Below, in pieces: positions 38,553-50,494 of a DNA stretch of 64,000 bases. Every line of letters starts with the position of its first letter. Within the stretch, counting starts at the first letter, position 1. The notes beneath the pieces were generated by a model. It did no database searches, was not told the DNA's origin, and worked only from the letters and a program-made list of their open reading frames with translations. A program made the position numbers and the translations under genes. The stretch is from assembly GCA_032718475.1 (NCBI GenBank), contig JAUCBJ010002722.1, positions 1 to 64,000 on the forward strand, given 5' to 3'. Origin of the DNA: Nemertoderma westbladi. Lineage: Eukaryota > Animalia > Xenacoelomorpha.

Positions 38553-41085
38553 GAGCATATGTTTCACTCAAACAATCAGCTGTCGCACGGAGAAATCGCC
38601 CACCACATCCGTGCTGTTTCAATTTTTGAAGCAAAATTAACCGATCAACTATATCGTCTACATTCCACCATTGCCACTAACATCTGATGATGCGAGAGCG
38701 AGTTGCCAACCCCCCAACCCCCACGCCCAATAATGGCTTGGTTGGTCGGGGTGGAACATGAGACTGGCCTCCAATTCCAGAATCCCTCCCCCCTCGCAAT
38801 TTGGCCTCCCTGGTGACCCAGGTTTTGGGCCAGAAAGGTCATCAGGAAAGGGACTCAAAGAATTGTTGGCTGCTCTCTCTCCAGTAGGGGGTGAGACAGG
38901 CAGCCGGTCAGGAGTTAACTGACTCCTGTGAGGCCGATTGTGTCCGGTAATTCCACTGGCCTCTAGTGGCCGGACCTCCGCATTACTAATGTAATCCATA
39001 GTGCGGGTTGGGGGGTGCTTTTTTGCCGAGTCAGCTCTCGGGGCAAATACCACACCCTGGTTTGCCATTCCACACGGTGGGTGTCGTAATGGAGACAGAT
39101 ATGAGGCCCATCACCCATATCTACTCTGGCGCACATGACCCACCATTGGCTGTTGCAGCTCATCTGCTGGGTCATGCCCTGTACCCTTGCTGCCAGGTGC
39201 AGGTCGCAGTGAAGTGCTCTCAGAGTGGACATGAGAACACTCTACTCCTGACAAGCCATTGGTAGATCACCATCTGTCATATACCCCTGCAGCCAAGTAT
39301 ATGGGTCCTTAATCCAGGACCAAGGGCATCCTTATCCCAGAACGAAGGGGGTCCTAGTTACAGGACCAGATTTGCCCTAGTATGAGGTTCTATGCAGCTA
39401 CAGGTGGCACCTCCTTTATGCTGCATGGAGGTGGCAAGTTTTCTTGATCAATGACCTAGAATACCTGACCTGAAAACGATTGTCCAACATAACATATAGG
39501 ATTACCCCTAATTATTTGCAGAGATCAGATCAGATCAGACTTATAGTTTCACAATACAGAATATGCCTCGATTGGAGTTAAAAGTAAAAAGTAAATTTTC
39601 TTCGGCCGCTATAGACAGATAGATAAATAGATTTATTTATACATTATGCAGTTATGTAAAAACAATAACAAAGACACCACACAATGTTTACCCAAATAAT
39701 ACCCAAATAAAGGTAATGTCCACTACTAGGATCGGCATGCTGCATTGCAGGTGCATTTTTAAGAATGCTGTGCCGGCTTATCGACAAAATTGCACCACCA
39801 CAACTCCCTATCGGAGAAAACGCCCACGACATCCGTGCTGTTTCAATTTTTGAAGCAAAATTAACCGATCAACATTCCACCATTGCCACTAACATCTGAT
39901 GATGCGAGGGCGAGTTGCCAACCCCACCCCCATGTTCTTAATCGGAACCTCATTACTGTAGTCTGACCAGTCTGAATTCGGTGCTCATGAACACCCACTG
40001 CACAAGGCCAATTATATCTGCCAGGGCAGTCAGCTCGCCTTGTCGCAATGGGGACCCATGTTCTAGGGTATTAACTGAGGCTAGTCTAGTGACTTGCCTC
40101 AGGTTCACCAATAACGGCTTGGTTGGTCGGGGTGGAACATGAGACTAGCCTCCAATTCCAGAATCCCTCCACCCTCGCAATCTGGCCTCCCTGGTGACCA
40201 TGTTCTGGATTCACTCAGTTAATTGTGGGTCCAGTTAATTGTTATCATTGGAAAATCTCATCACAACATTAGAGACTTATATTAAAGGCATACTGTATAA
40301 AAGAACAATATGCAGATATGATATTCTCGATACTCATTCTGACGTATTAATCTAATTCCGGTACTACTGCACTACTGATCTAACATTACCGGTAACACAA
40401 TCAGACTACATAGTTGTGACTTAAAGTAGGTCATACTAATCTAATAACTAAAATCTCGTCATACAAAAAGAAGAATAAATTCCCAGCACCAATTATCTTT
40501 CAATTTAATATCATCTAATAATGTCATGACAGACTCAGTGTTTTTTGGGCCAGAAGGGTCATCAGGAAAGGGACTCACATAATTTTTTGGCCACTCTCTT
40601 TCTTGTGGGGGGGGGGGGGGGGGGGGGGGGGCTCTGACAGGCAGCCAGTCAGAAGAAAACTGACGCCTGTGAGGCAAAATATGTCAGGTAATTATACTGG
40701 CCTATAGTGGCCGGGCCTCCGAATTACTAATGTGATCCATTGTAGTGGGTTAGGGGTGTTTTTTTTTTTGCCGCGTCAGCTCTTGGGGATCAGACAACGC
40801 TGTGGTTTGCCATTCCACGTTGCGGATGTCGCAGTTGAATCAGATATGGGGCCCATCACCCATCCGATATCCACCACTCTGAAGCATAATGACCCACCAT
40901 TGGATGTGTAGCCAGCTCATTTGCTGGGCCATGCCCGGTACCCCTGCTGCCAAGTGCAGGTCGCAGTGGAGTGCTCTCTAATTGGACATGAGAACACTGT
41001 ACTCCTGACCAGCCATTAGTAGATTACCATCTGCCTGGTAAGGCCATATACCCCTGCCGCCAATATGGGTCCTTAATCCAGGACC
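38553..41085 (-). pseudogene. Duplicated fragments of a degraded non-LTR ORF (PHD-like Cys/His/Trp remnant)
   Basis: 38553-38720 matches 39811-39930, 38720-38820 matches 40110-40200, and 38825-39320 matches 40545-41085. Degenerate WVMC..HIC..W..WY motif. Confidence 0.4.
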
Positions 41086-41089
41086 TAGG

Positions 41090-41280
41090 TCGTAACTATC
41101 GCAGAACGCTCTTAAAGAACATAATTTACATTCTATTGAAAAATTAGAATGCGACCATGATGAGGCTGACACTCGGGTAATGCTCCATGCTCTTCATGCA
41201 GCACAAAATGGATCAACGGTTGTAGTTGTTGCTGCAGAAGATACAGACATAACAGTGTTGCTACTTGTTGCTTTGTGTGA
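41090..41280 (+). pseudogene. FEN/XPG-like (PIN-fold) nuclease motif fragment, probably from a DNA transposon
   Basis: Reads LECDHDEADTRVMLHALHAAQNGSTVVVVAAEDTDITVLL (H-x-E-A-D ... D-T-D). Confidence 0.55.
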
Positions 41281-43130
41281 TGATGCACTGAAATGCAAGG
41301 ATAATCAATCTCATCTCCAAGTAGAATAACGTATTGTAACATAAACCCTACCCTTAATGCCCTATTGCAATATATGGTGAACTGTTGGAGCCAATGTGAT
41401 GGAACCAACGCTATTTTCGAACCAGGCTGTATTATTTAGTTATCGGATTGTAATTTGTTTTGGATTGCGACCGTGTCCATGGATACTGCGTGTTAATGTT
41501 TTAGAATGGCGTGTCCATCTTATATTTCGACCTTATGCAGATATGAAAACAACGTAATAATACAAATATGTTGGGGTTGGGGCGTTAATGTGCGTGGGTG
41601 AGCTGACACCTTAGCCATGTTATATTGGTAAACACATTTGGAGGGTGGGTGGGCTGATATATAATTATAGTTAATTAATGGGGTGGGTGGTGGGCCCCCA
41701 CCCCATTGGGATTGGGGGTGGGGGAAGGGGGGGGGGGGGGGGGGGGTGGGGGGAGGCTTGAGAGGGGGCCATGGGCCGTATTTATGTATATTGTGATAAC
41801 ATATTGCCTTAGGCTGTGATCCATGATTTCATTTAAAATATTATTTTTTTCTCAAGTAATATATTGTATAACTACAATCAAAATGTTTTGTTTAGGACCT
41901 ACCAAAAATATATCACAGAGTACACCCCTGGACTAAGAATACTCCATTTCCTCTTATGACATCATACGAACTAAGAATACTTACATACCTAATTAGATAT
42001 TTATTAAATAAAGAGTGGATTTAGTATTCAAAAATGTCATTATCGAGGGAATCATCTTTGCAAAAAATAATCTAAGAACAATGATGATAAATATATATGC
42101 TAAAGTTAATACTAACCTTCTTTTGTGGTTGGTGTCAAGTCATATGTTTGATAGTGTGCATCTGGGTCATCTTTAATTGCATCTGTTGTCATGGCAACCT
42201 GTGAAGGAGTGGTGTGTGAAATGCTATTTAGATGTCACTTGTTATTTTAAAGTATTGTACTGTAGTCACATTATGATTGAAACAAATTTGAAACAATAAT
42301 TTTGAAACAGAGTGGAATGAGATTAAAATGTTGATAAAGAAAAATATTTCAAACATGGGTATAGCTTTGGAACCATATATCACCGTTATAACAAAACAGG
42401 TTTCGCTCTCAGTATACCAAAATTTTCCAAAACTAATAGTCAACAAAATGTGGCAATTTGTTTTATAAATAATGATATTGTTCTAGAATGGCAGCTATTT
42501 TTCTAAAACATGATAGTTTTAATTTAGCAGCGGTCCTATGGCAACAATAACTATATTCCAGAATTTTATGACACATGTAGAATTGTAAGACCAGTAGCTC
42601 TCTTTTTCAGGAGACGCGAAGAAATTATATTGAGTTCTTAGACTACTACAGCATGTTTGTTATTTTGCCATCTCCATGACAACCGGTGATAACACCAAGT
42701 CAGCTACCGATTCAGATTTGTCATCATATCAAAATGAATGGCTAGAAGCTAGGTCTTCCCAAAAATATAAGTTCCATATGGTTACCAAAAAGAACCCCTA
42801 TGCTGGCTGGCCCATGGACTATATGGTCATTTCTCTAAATGTATCGTGACGCGACTATACATATATATATTTGATACAATAAATAGTACAATTTCAGTAT
42901 TTCATAAAATTAAACCAATAAAATCAATAAAATCTCGTGATTATCTGGGACGCAATGTAAATTCCAACGAATCCAATATTTATTAAATTTTTTTAATATT
43001 TTTCAAAACTTTTTTCTTATAACTAGCCCATTTTTTTCACCTTAACCATGCTCTGAGAATAAACTGTAAATAATATAAACAACCACTACAATAATGTTTT
43101 GTTTTTATGCTCATCCAATGTCAGTATTAT

Positions 43131-43757
43131 CTATTGTAATACAGCCACAATGACAACTCCAATAACCCACCCCATCACCAGTGTAACATTATCTGAACCG
43201 CTTTCTGTAAAATCAGAAGGAGTGGCCACTGTAGTACTGGTTGTCTTCATGACATCATCTTCCCACACTGCCGCCGGACACGTCCCATTACAACATTGCC
43301 ACTGGCACGACTCGTAGGTATCTGTTAGCTTACTTAGTATCACTTCTATCATAGCTAACCCAAAGTAGACTAGGTCTTTACGCAATTCGTCTGTCTTGGC
43401 AACTGGAAGAGCGACTGTACGATAGTACTCACAACCATACTCATTCAGTGCAAGACACTGTCTTACTTCAGATAAGCAGGTCTTAAATTCAAATTCAAAT
43501 GCGATCTGATCATCATACTGATTTGAATATCCCCTTAGCTGGTATGTGAAATCACCGCAGACAGAACAATTCACCTGGATTTTATCCTCATGAGATTCAA
43601 AACGGTTGACTTCTGCATACCTTCCCACTGTTGCTTCATATTCATTTTGCAGATCATTATTTCTTGAAGCAAATGTCCACTTTGTACCGACAGGACATTC
43701 AAAGCTCCATGTGATTCCTATGAGAACTGATGCATATGCGGCTGAAAGTAATTGCAT
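43131..43757 (-). CDS. Host-like cysteine-rich type I membrane protein (208 aa), loosely TNFR-repeat-like
   Basis: Hydrophobic signal peptide; ECPVGT...CSVCGDFTYQ and further cysteines; Thr/Ser-rich stalk; C-terminal hydrophobic helix VTLVMGWVIGVVIVAVL followed almost immediately by a stop. Confidence 0.55.
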   Translation of the reverse strand: MQLLSAAYASVLIGITWSFECPVGTKWTFASRNNDLQNEYEATVGRYAEVNRFESHEDKIQVNCSVCGDFTYQLRGYSNQYDDQIAFEFEFKTCLSEVRQCLALNEYGCEYYRTVALPVAKTDELRKDLVYFGLAMIEVILSKLTDTYESCQWQCCNGTCPAAVWEDDVMKTTSTTVATPSDFTESGSDNVTLVMGWVIGVVIVAVLQ

Positions 43758-44394
43758 AATTACATACTTATAAATTCACATCTCATTTAATCCAATGCCA
43801 GAGAGTGAATGAATAGAGAGGGTTCTCAGTTCTTGAAGCACTTGGTAGTGTGTAGTATGTCTATGCCCCTAAGTTCTCTTTTTGGACTGCGCCACAATGC
43901 TGAAGCCAAATATGATTATTTTAATTATAATGATTTTTATATACAATGCATGCCATTATAAATAATACTATTAATGTCTGTAATGAATAAGGGAGAGTCT
44001 TATTCTAATCGAGTTTCGGGATTCTATCTATAATTATTCACCTTTTGTGGCATTTCTCAAAACATTAATTCTCTACTGTACGGCCACTAACTCTCCACTG
44101 TAGATCCCTAAACCAAGATAGGGGAGGGGTATATTTAATATGCGGGAGTAACTATATTGTAGTCGCTTTCTCTCGAATTAAGCAAATTTTAATATAATTC
44201 CATTTTTATGAAGAAGTACCTTAAATATCTGATATAAACTTGCAATTATCTCAAATAATAGTACAATGTTCATAATGAACTATTTAATAGACCCAAACAA
44301 TGCAAATAAATTTTTTTCTCCAACTTATCCCGTTGGTCGGTATACTACACGAATCTGGACCGAACTATGAAACGAACAGAACTGGATATAAAAC

Positions 44395-45988
44395 TGTTGC
44401 CATTATCCCTACACCAGGGGGGAAAAACGCCGATGCTGGAGACGTGACTTTACAGACCACCGAGCCCCGGCCAGTCACCGGATATTGATTGTGGAGAAGG
44501 AATGATTTCTGAGATGCAAGTTTGCGGTTGAGAAAAAGCTGCATTAGTTGGATATACTCTTTAATGTAACTTTCTACAGTTGAAACCTGATTGAGAATAA
44601 TTTTGGGCTTCCCCAAATCAATATACACCAAATATTCACAATAATTATACACGACAATATAAATCCCTACAGTATATTATTTAATTACCCACTGTTCGCT
44701 CAGATTTTAGCCTACCCAATGTCCCCGGATTTTAGCCTACCTAATGTTCCCCAGTCCTGGTCTTAGTTCCGTAGTGTCGGTGTCGGTCGACCCTGTCGCG
44801 TGTCCGTTCCACCCCTCACGAACCCCGAAGGGAACGATCATCGAGAACCAGCACGGCTTGGCTAAGGGTCGGTCCAGTCGGTAGACTCTGTCGCGTATCC
44901 GTACCACCCCTCTCGAACCCCGAAGGGATCGGTCATCGAGAACCAGTACGGCTTGGCTAGGAGTCTGTCGTGTCGGTGGACCCATTCGCGTGTCCGTCCC
45001 ACCCCTCACGAACCCCGAAGGGTTCGATCATCGAGAACCAGTACGGCTTGGCTAGGGGTCCGTCGGTTCATCGCAGAAACCCAACCACCTAGGCTTTCCG
45101 AGTCCCTTTCAGGCTCGTAGTCGCTTCGGCAGCCGAGAAACTGCTCCGAACAGTTGGTAGGCCAGTAAAGTCTGTCCTTTGTCTTTCGACCCCTTCGCGT
45201 GTCCGTCCCACCCCTCACGAACCCCGAAGGGAACGATCATCGAGAACCAGTATGGCTTGGCTAAGGGGTCTGTCGTCGGTCCCGTCGCAAATCCCCGGTA
45301 CAAGCGGTCAGCGTTCCGAGTTCTTTTCAGTCTCGTAGTAACTGCTGTTGACCGGAGACCGCCAAGGGCAGTCCTCGTCAAACCCGTCCTGTGGCCAGCC
45401 CTTTCGCATGTCCGTCCCACCCCTCGCGAACCCCGAAGGGATCGGTCATCGAGAACCAGTACGGCTTAGCTCAGGGGGCAGTCGTTAGCCGGCCACCCTT
45501 TCGCATGTCCGTCCCACCCCTCGCGAACCCCGAAGGGATCGGTCATCGAGAACCAGTACGGCTTAGCTACTAAGGGGCTGTCGTTTCCCGTCGCAAATCC
45601 CTGACACAAGCAGTCAGCGTTCCGAGTTCTTTTCAGTCTCGTAATAACTGCTGTTGGCCAGGGACCGCTAAGGGCAGTCCTTGTCCTTTAGGCCTGGCGC
45701 AATACCAAATCCACCCCTACAGGCAGCAGGAAGTTGGCCAGGGCCTAATAGTACTCAGGCTAACCTGAATACTGCTTGAATTTTCCATCCCCCCCCCGGC
45801 CCTTATAACTATGAAATTATTCCCGTACCCTGTAAGTCGCCCCAAAGTTTGCCCATAAATCGCCCCCAGTTTATTGAATGTGCCCAAAACCCATGGTCCC
45901 GCACCCAGTAGTAATATCGGAATAATCAATTTTAATAAATACAAAAAATATTCAACTCGCGTTATGGAAAGTTGAAATACCGCGAACA
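44395..45988. mobile_element. Solo LTR (1594 bp), probably BEL/Pao type
   Basis: TGTT...AACA termini; 5-bp TSD AAAAC (44390-94, 45989-93); the empty site is visible in the duplicate at ~47165; the end cgcgaaca resembles the copy A LTR end. Confidence 0.9.
44788..45690 (-). ncRNA. Array of six structured RNA units (kink-turn plus cUUCGg hairpin) and three copies of a second hairpin
   Basis: Units start (+) at 44796, 44891, 44986, 45195, 45404 and 45501. Closing stems covary, and the tandem GA/GA pairs and UUCG loop are invariant on the minus strand. Confidence 0.65.
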
Positions 45989-46223
45989 AAAACGATACGA
46001 TTTTGACCAAACCATACCACCAAAAGAAAGATAATTTAAAATTTAGTTGCGATTAATATGTCGCTATATTAATATTGCTTTTTACTATTATTAATAACAC
46101 TGATTAGACAACATTACTGGCCGCGGTAGGAGGATTACCGATTGCAGTATTTGTGTGCAGGCTGCGAGCCTTCGATGTTGAACGCTGTTAGCAACGTACC
46201 ACCTATTAATTAGGTCCGAGTAT

Positions 46224-46532
46224 TTAGAGCTGCAGTAGTTCCAGTACTCCTCTACGGGAGTCCATGCTGGGCTCTAACTGCTGATCATCATACTGATTTG
46301 AATATCCCCTTAGCTGGTATGTGAAATCACCGCAGACAGAACAATTCACCTGGATTTTATCCTCATGAGATTCAAAACGGTTGACTTCTGTATACCTTCC
46401 CACTGTTGCTTCATATTCATTTTGCAGATCATTATTTCTTGAAGCAAATGTCCACTTTGTACCGACAGGACATTCAAAGCTCCATGTGATTCCTATGAGA
46501 ACTGATGCATATGCGGCTGAAAGTAATTGCAT
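46224..46532 (-). pseudogene. Chimeric truncated duplicate of the 43131-43757 gene fused to antisense RTE sequence
   Basis: The first ~84 codons are near-identical to the 208-aa ORF (one A/T change), then the frame switches at the CTGA junction. Confidence 0.8.
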
Positions 46533-47382
46533 AATTACATACTTATAAATTCACATCTCATTTAATCCAATGCCAGAGAGTGAATGAATAGAGAGGGTTC
46601 TCAGTTCTTGAAGCACTTGGTAGTGTGTAGTATGTCTATGCCCCTAAGTTCTCTTTTTGGACTGCGCCACAATGCTGAAGCCAAATATGATTATTTTAAT
46701 TATAATGATTTTTATATACAATGCATGCCATTATAAATAATACTATTAATGTCTGTAATGAATAAGGGAGAGTCTTATTCTAATCGAGTTTCGGGATTCT
46801 ATCTATAATTATTAACCTTTTGTGGCATTTCTCAAAACATTAATTCTCTACTGTGCGGCCACTAACTCTCCACTGTACATCCCTAAACCAAGATAGGGGA
46901 GGGGTATATTTAATATGCGGGAGTAACTATATTGTAGTCGCTTTCTCTCGAATTAAGCAAATTTTAATATAATTCCATTTTTATGAAGAAGTACCTTAAA
47001 TATCTGATATAAACTTGCAATTATCTCAAATAATAGTACAATGTTCATAATGAACTATTGAATAGACCCAAACAATGCAAATAAATTTTTTTCTCCAACT
47101 TATCCCGTTGGTCGGTATACTACACGAATCTGGACCGAACTATGAAACGAACAGAACTGGATATAAAACGATACGATTTTGACCAAACCATACCACCAAA
47201 AGAAAGATAATTTAAAATTTAGTTGCGATTAATATGTCGCTATATTAATATTGCTTTTTACTATTATTAATAACACTGATTAGACAACATTACTGGCCGC
47301 GGTAGGAGGATTACCGATTGCAGTATTTGTGTGCAGGCTGCGAGCCTTCGATGTTGAACGCTGTTAGCAACGTACCACCTAT

Positions 47383-47866
47383 TAATAAGGTCCGAGTATT
47401 TAGAGCAGCAGTAGTTCCAGTACTCCTCTACGGGAGTCCATGCTGGGCTCTAACTGCTGAGGACACCAAATCTCTGGATGGCACATTCACAAGAATGCTA
47501 CGCCGGGTTCATTGTGTCAAGTACAATGCACACATTTCCAACCAGACACTATATAACATTGGAGGTGTTTCATTGGTTCCCCCAAGCTTGACACTAGAAC
47601 AAAATCGCCTCCGCTTTGCAGGACATTGCTTTCGCCGTGAGGACCAACCAGTGCATAATCTTGTACTTTGGCAGCCTCATGGAGTGAATAAGCATGGTGG
47701 ACAGCCCATGACTTTCTTGAGACGCACCTAAAGAACACTGGCCTTGAAGATGCGGATGATCTAGCAAATGTCATGGGTGATTGTGGCGGTGCAATTTTGT
47801 CGATAAGCCAGCACAGCATTCTTAAAAATGCAGCTGCAATGCAGCATGCCGATCCTAGTAGTAGTA
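47383..47866 (+). mobile_element. RTE family 2 3' fragment
   Basis: Near-identical to 37596-38083, ending in a tagtagtag tail. Confidence 0.85.
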
Positions 47867-48419
47867 ATAAGTTGCAAGTCAGTATTAAATTAGAGCTGAC
47901 AAGCTATTCTCGCTGCTACCCGGCCCTCGGTTGTTGTTGTTGTTCTGTTGGTGATCCCCAGTTAATCAGATGAATCAGTCTAGTTGGTTGGTTCGTCGTT
48001 TTGTCAGTAGGTCTTTCATTTGGTTGGATGTCACATGTCAGGTCAGTTCTACTGTACTGGCTCAATGGTTGGTAGGCCCACTTTAAGAAGCTCCTGAACA
48101 ATGGCAGTGTGACATGTGACAATGACCTAATAGCTTTAACTTTGTGATACAACATTGTGTGTCTAAATCTGTAGGCCTATCACCCATTGGTGATCTCCTT
48201 TGCCACGTCAAGACTGCTGCAAAGAGCAATGTTAGTTGGTCATTTAAAAAGACATATCAATATTTTTATTTTATGAAACACATCTATATATCATATGGTG
48301 CAAATTTTCTTGACCACAAAAATAGAAATTATGGAAATCCTCCTACAGCTATGTAGATTTTCAATCGAAAAATTAGATTTTCTTAAAAAGATTTTATTCC
48401 CCTTGCTCCAAATCACCTC

Positions 48420-48680
48420 GACCAGAGTGCAGTGGCAGGCCTCAATGTAGTTGAGGAGGCAGAGAACTTAAAGATCAGGACATATGAGGAACTGGTTGAC
48501 CGGTGCTACAACCAGTGGCCTTTGGTTGACCCGGCCCTGAGACGACTGCATTCCTAAAGGTAGTTGAAAACCACCTCCGGTGAGACACCCAGGGGCCATG
48601 CTCCCACCTGGTTCTCCCCCAACGTCTCCTCATTATCATTCTGATCGGCAATACAGCCTCTATCCTGGGTACCATGGACC
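48420..48680 (+). pseudogene. Possible 3' end of a CRE-like (restriction-like endonuclease) non-LTR element
   Basis: QRLLIIILIGNTASILGT at ~48620-48673 resembles the terminal QRLS..IQRGNAA.ILG motif of this clade. Confidence 0.4.
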
Positions 48681-50197
48681 CATTCTCTCAGGCGGCGTTC
48701 TCTATGAGGTCCTGTCCACCCCTCCCACACCCGCTAACAACACGGGATAGACTATTTGTTATTCCTTTTTTTATGTGTTTGTATTATTTTGTTTTGTACA
48801 TATATATTCAATCATATAGATTTTGCAGTTTTGATATTATTTTTTAGATATTTTTATATTTTTTTATATTTTTATATATTATATATTTTTAAGGTATAAT
48901 TGATTACCCTAGTTAATTAGACCAATTAGCGCCCTGACACTCAATGGGTGTTAGTTGGGTCTAACTGTCACCGAGCCATGCAAAGGGTGTCATTAAGTGA
49001 CACCTCTTCCCTTTTATTTAATGGTATTTATTTATTTGTATCAAATTAATTCTATTCATTTTTACTTTATTTAATTTATAATTTGATTTCTATTTTTAGA
49101 TTTACCAATATCCCAAAACAGAAGTAATTATAAAAACCAATTAGATGTTAGAGATCGATCCATATGATGTCAACAATGGCGCCGCGCCACCCGTCTACCG
49201 TTTAAACGATATGGCGCCAATGATCATGTCGTAGGATTAACTTATCATAAGCAACTAGTAAGTATTATGGAGTTAATGCTAGTGAAAGGGATTAAACTTA
49301 AAGCATAGATGTCAGATCAAGCAAGATGTTACCACAGGCTATACTAAACCTAATTACTCTGTTGTGGTCCCACTTTGATGACATCATCACTGGCATCACT
49401 TTGGCTGTTATTGAAAACACTAGGGAAGCTATAACACACCTCCCATGACGTCAACAAAGGTGCTTCCTTATTGGATGAAATTATATATTTACTCCCTTCG
49501 CATTCTCATTGGCTATTCCAAATTAAGGTTCCTATAATCCGCTATAATAGCTCCCTGTTTACCACCTCCCCTTTCATTGTCTAATTTTTATTGTTTAAAA
49601 GTTTAGTTATTTTTCTTAAAAGTATTTATTTATTTCCTAAAACGAGTTACTTATTCACGATGGCACAAATGGAAATCAACTATTCAAACAACGAAATAGT
49701 TTGCACTGAGAATCAGTTTACACCACTAGACAACTCGTTTGAGTTTTGTTTCGACTCGTCAAACAAACTTACCGTTAACGATAAATACAACTTTAAACCA
49801 ACCCATTCCAAATCCGGCAAACTACGCTCACTTTGTATTACGCGCCTGCTATGAACTACATGATGGACATTACCAAACTCTCGATAATAATAAACTTATT
49901 AATAATTATTAAATAAACTTATTAATACTGCATGCATATTTAAAGCAATCTCCCAATGGACAGTCTATGCTTACAGCGCCACTATATGTACTGTTATAGC
50001 TTGACTTTGTACTGGACCTAAGTCCATGTTAATCCCCTGTCTGTTGACCTACTGACCTACCGGTATCCTATTCAGTGTTTGGTATTTGGTGTCTCATCTG
50101 CATTGTTTTACCTATTAGCAATATATATATGCATATCGTTTACCGCATCAGTTGATCCTGTTATTTCTGTATTTACCTATCTGGCTGATGATTGGCG

Positions 50198-50211
50198 TGG
50201 TGGCAGCGGTG
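50198..50211 (+). promoter_or_regulatory. Primer-binding site, complementary to the 3' end of tRNA-Leu
   Basis: TGGTGGCAGCGGTG directly abuts the 5' LTR. Confidence 0.8.
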
Positions 50212-50494
50212 CTTTCATCACTCACATCCTGACGTCTTCTAGTTAACATAATTTTACCGACACCAACTCCAGACAGCCTGACAGCGTTACCACTTCACTT
50301 ACAGACTTACCGGTACCAAAGTACAGAAGTGACCCAGTGACCTACAGACCTAGGCCACCCGGTCTGCCGGTAGAAGACTGACAGTGTGCGCAGCTCGTCA
50401 TACTTCTGCTGTACCTGTGTACCTGTACCATATACCACTAGGGAATTTCTGAACTCTAGAACCTAGGCCTACCAGCCTACTACTGTACTACAAT

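Larger units (their letters stand above)
38086..42360. repeat. Long inverted repeat arms (38086-38454 and 42006-42360) bracketing ~3.5 kb of scrambled TE debris
   Basis: acccatgtctgaaatatttt...gttgccatgacaacagatg...aatccactctttattt is matched in reverse complement at 42006-42360. Confidence 0.8.
43506..47460. repeat. Tandem segmental duplication (~1176-bp unit; the first copy carries the solo LTR)
   Basis: 43506-46284 without the insertion is nearly identical to 46281-47460. The junction lies at a 4-bp CTGA microhomology shared by the gene (43506) and the RTE fragment (47457). Confidence 0.92.

Noticed and set aside
44810-44860. SECIS elements (ATGAN...NGAN core)
   Set aside because: The upper stem is only ~7 bp with a UUCG loop and no apical AAR, so a generic k-turn fits better.
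44796-45575. CRISPR-like repeat/spacer array
   Set aside because: The repeats are ~70 nt with irregular, mutually related spacers, the context is a eukaryotic LTR, and there are no cas genes.
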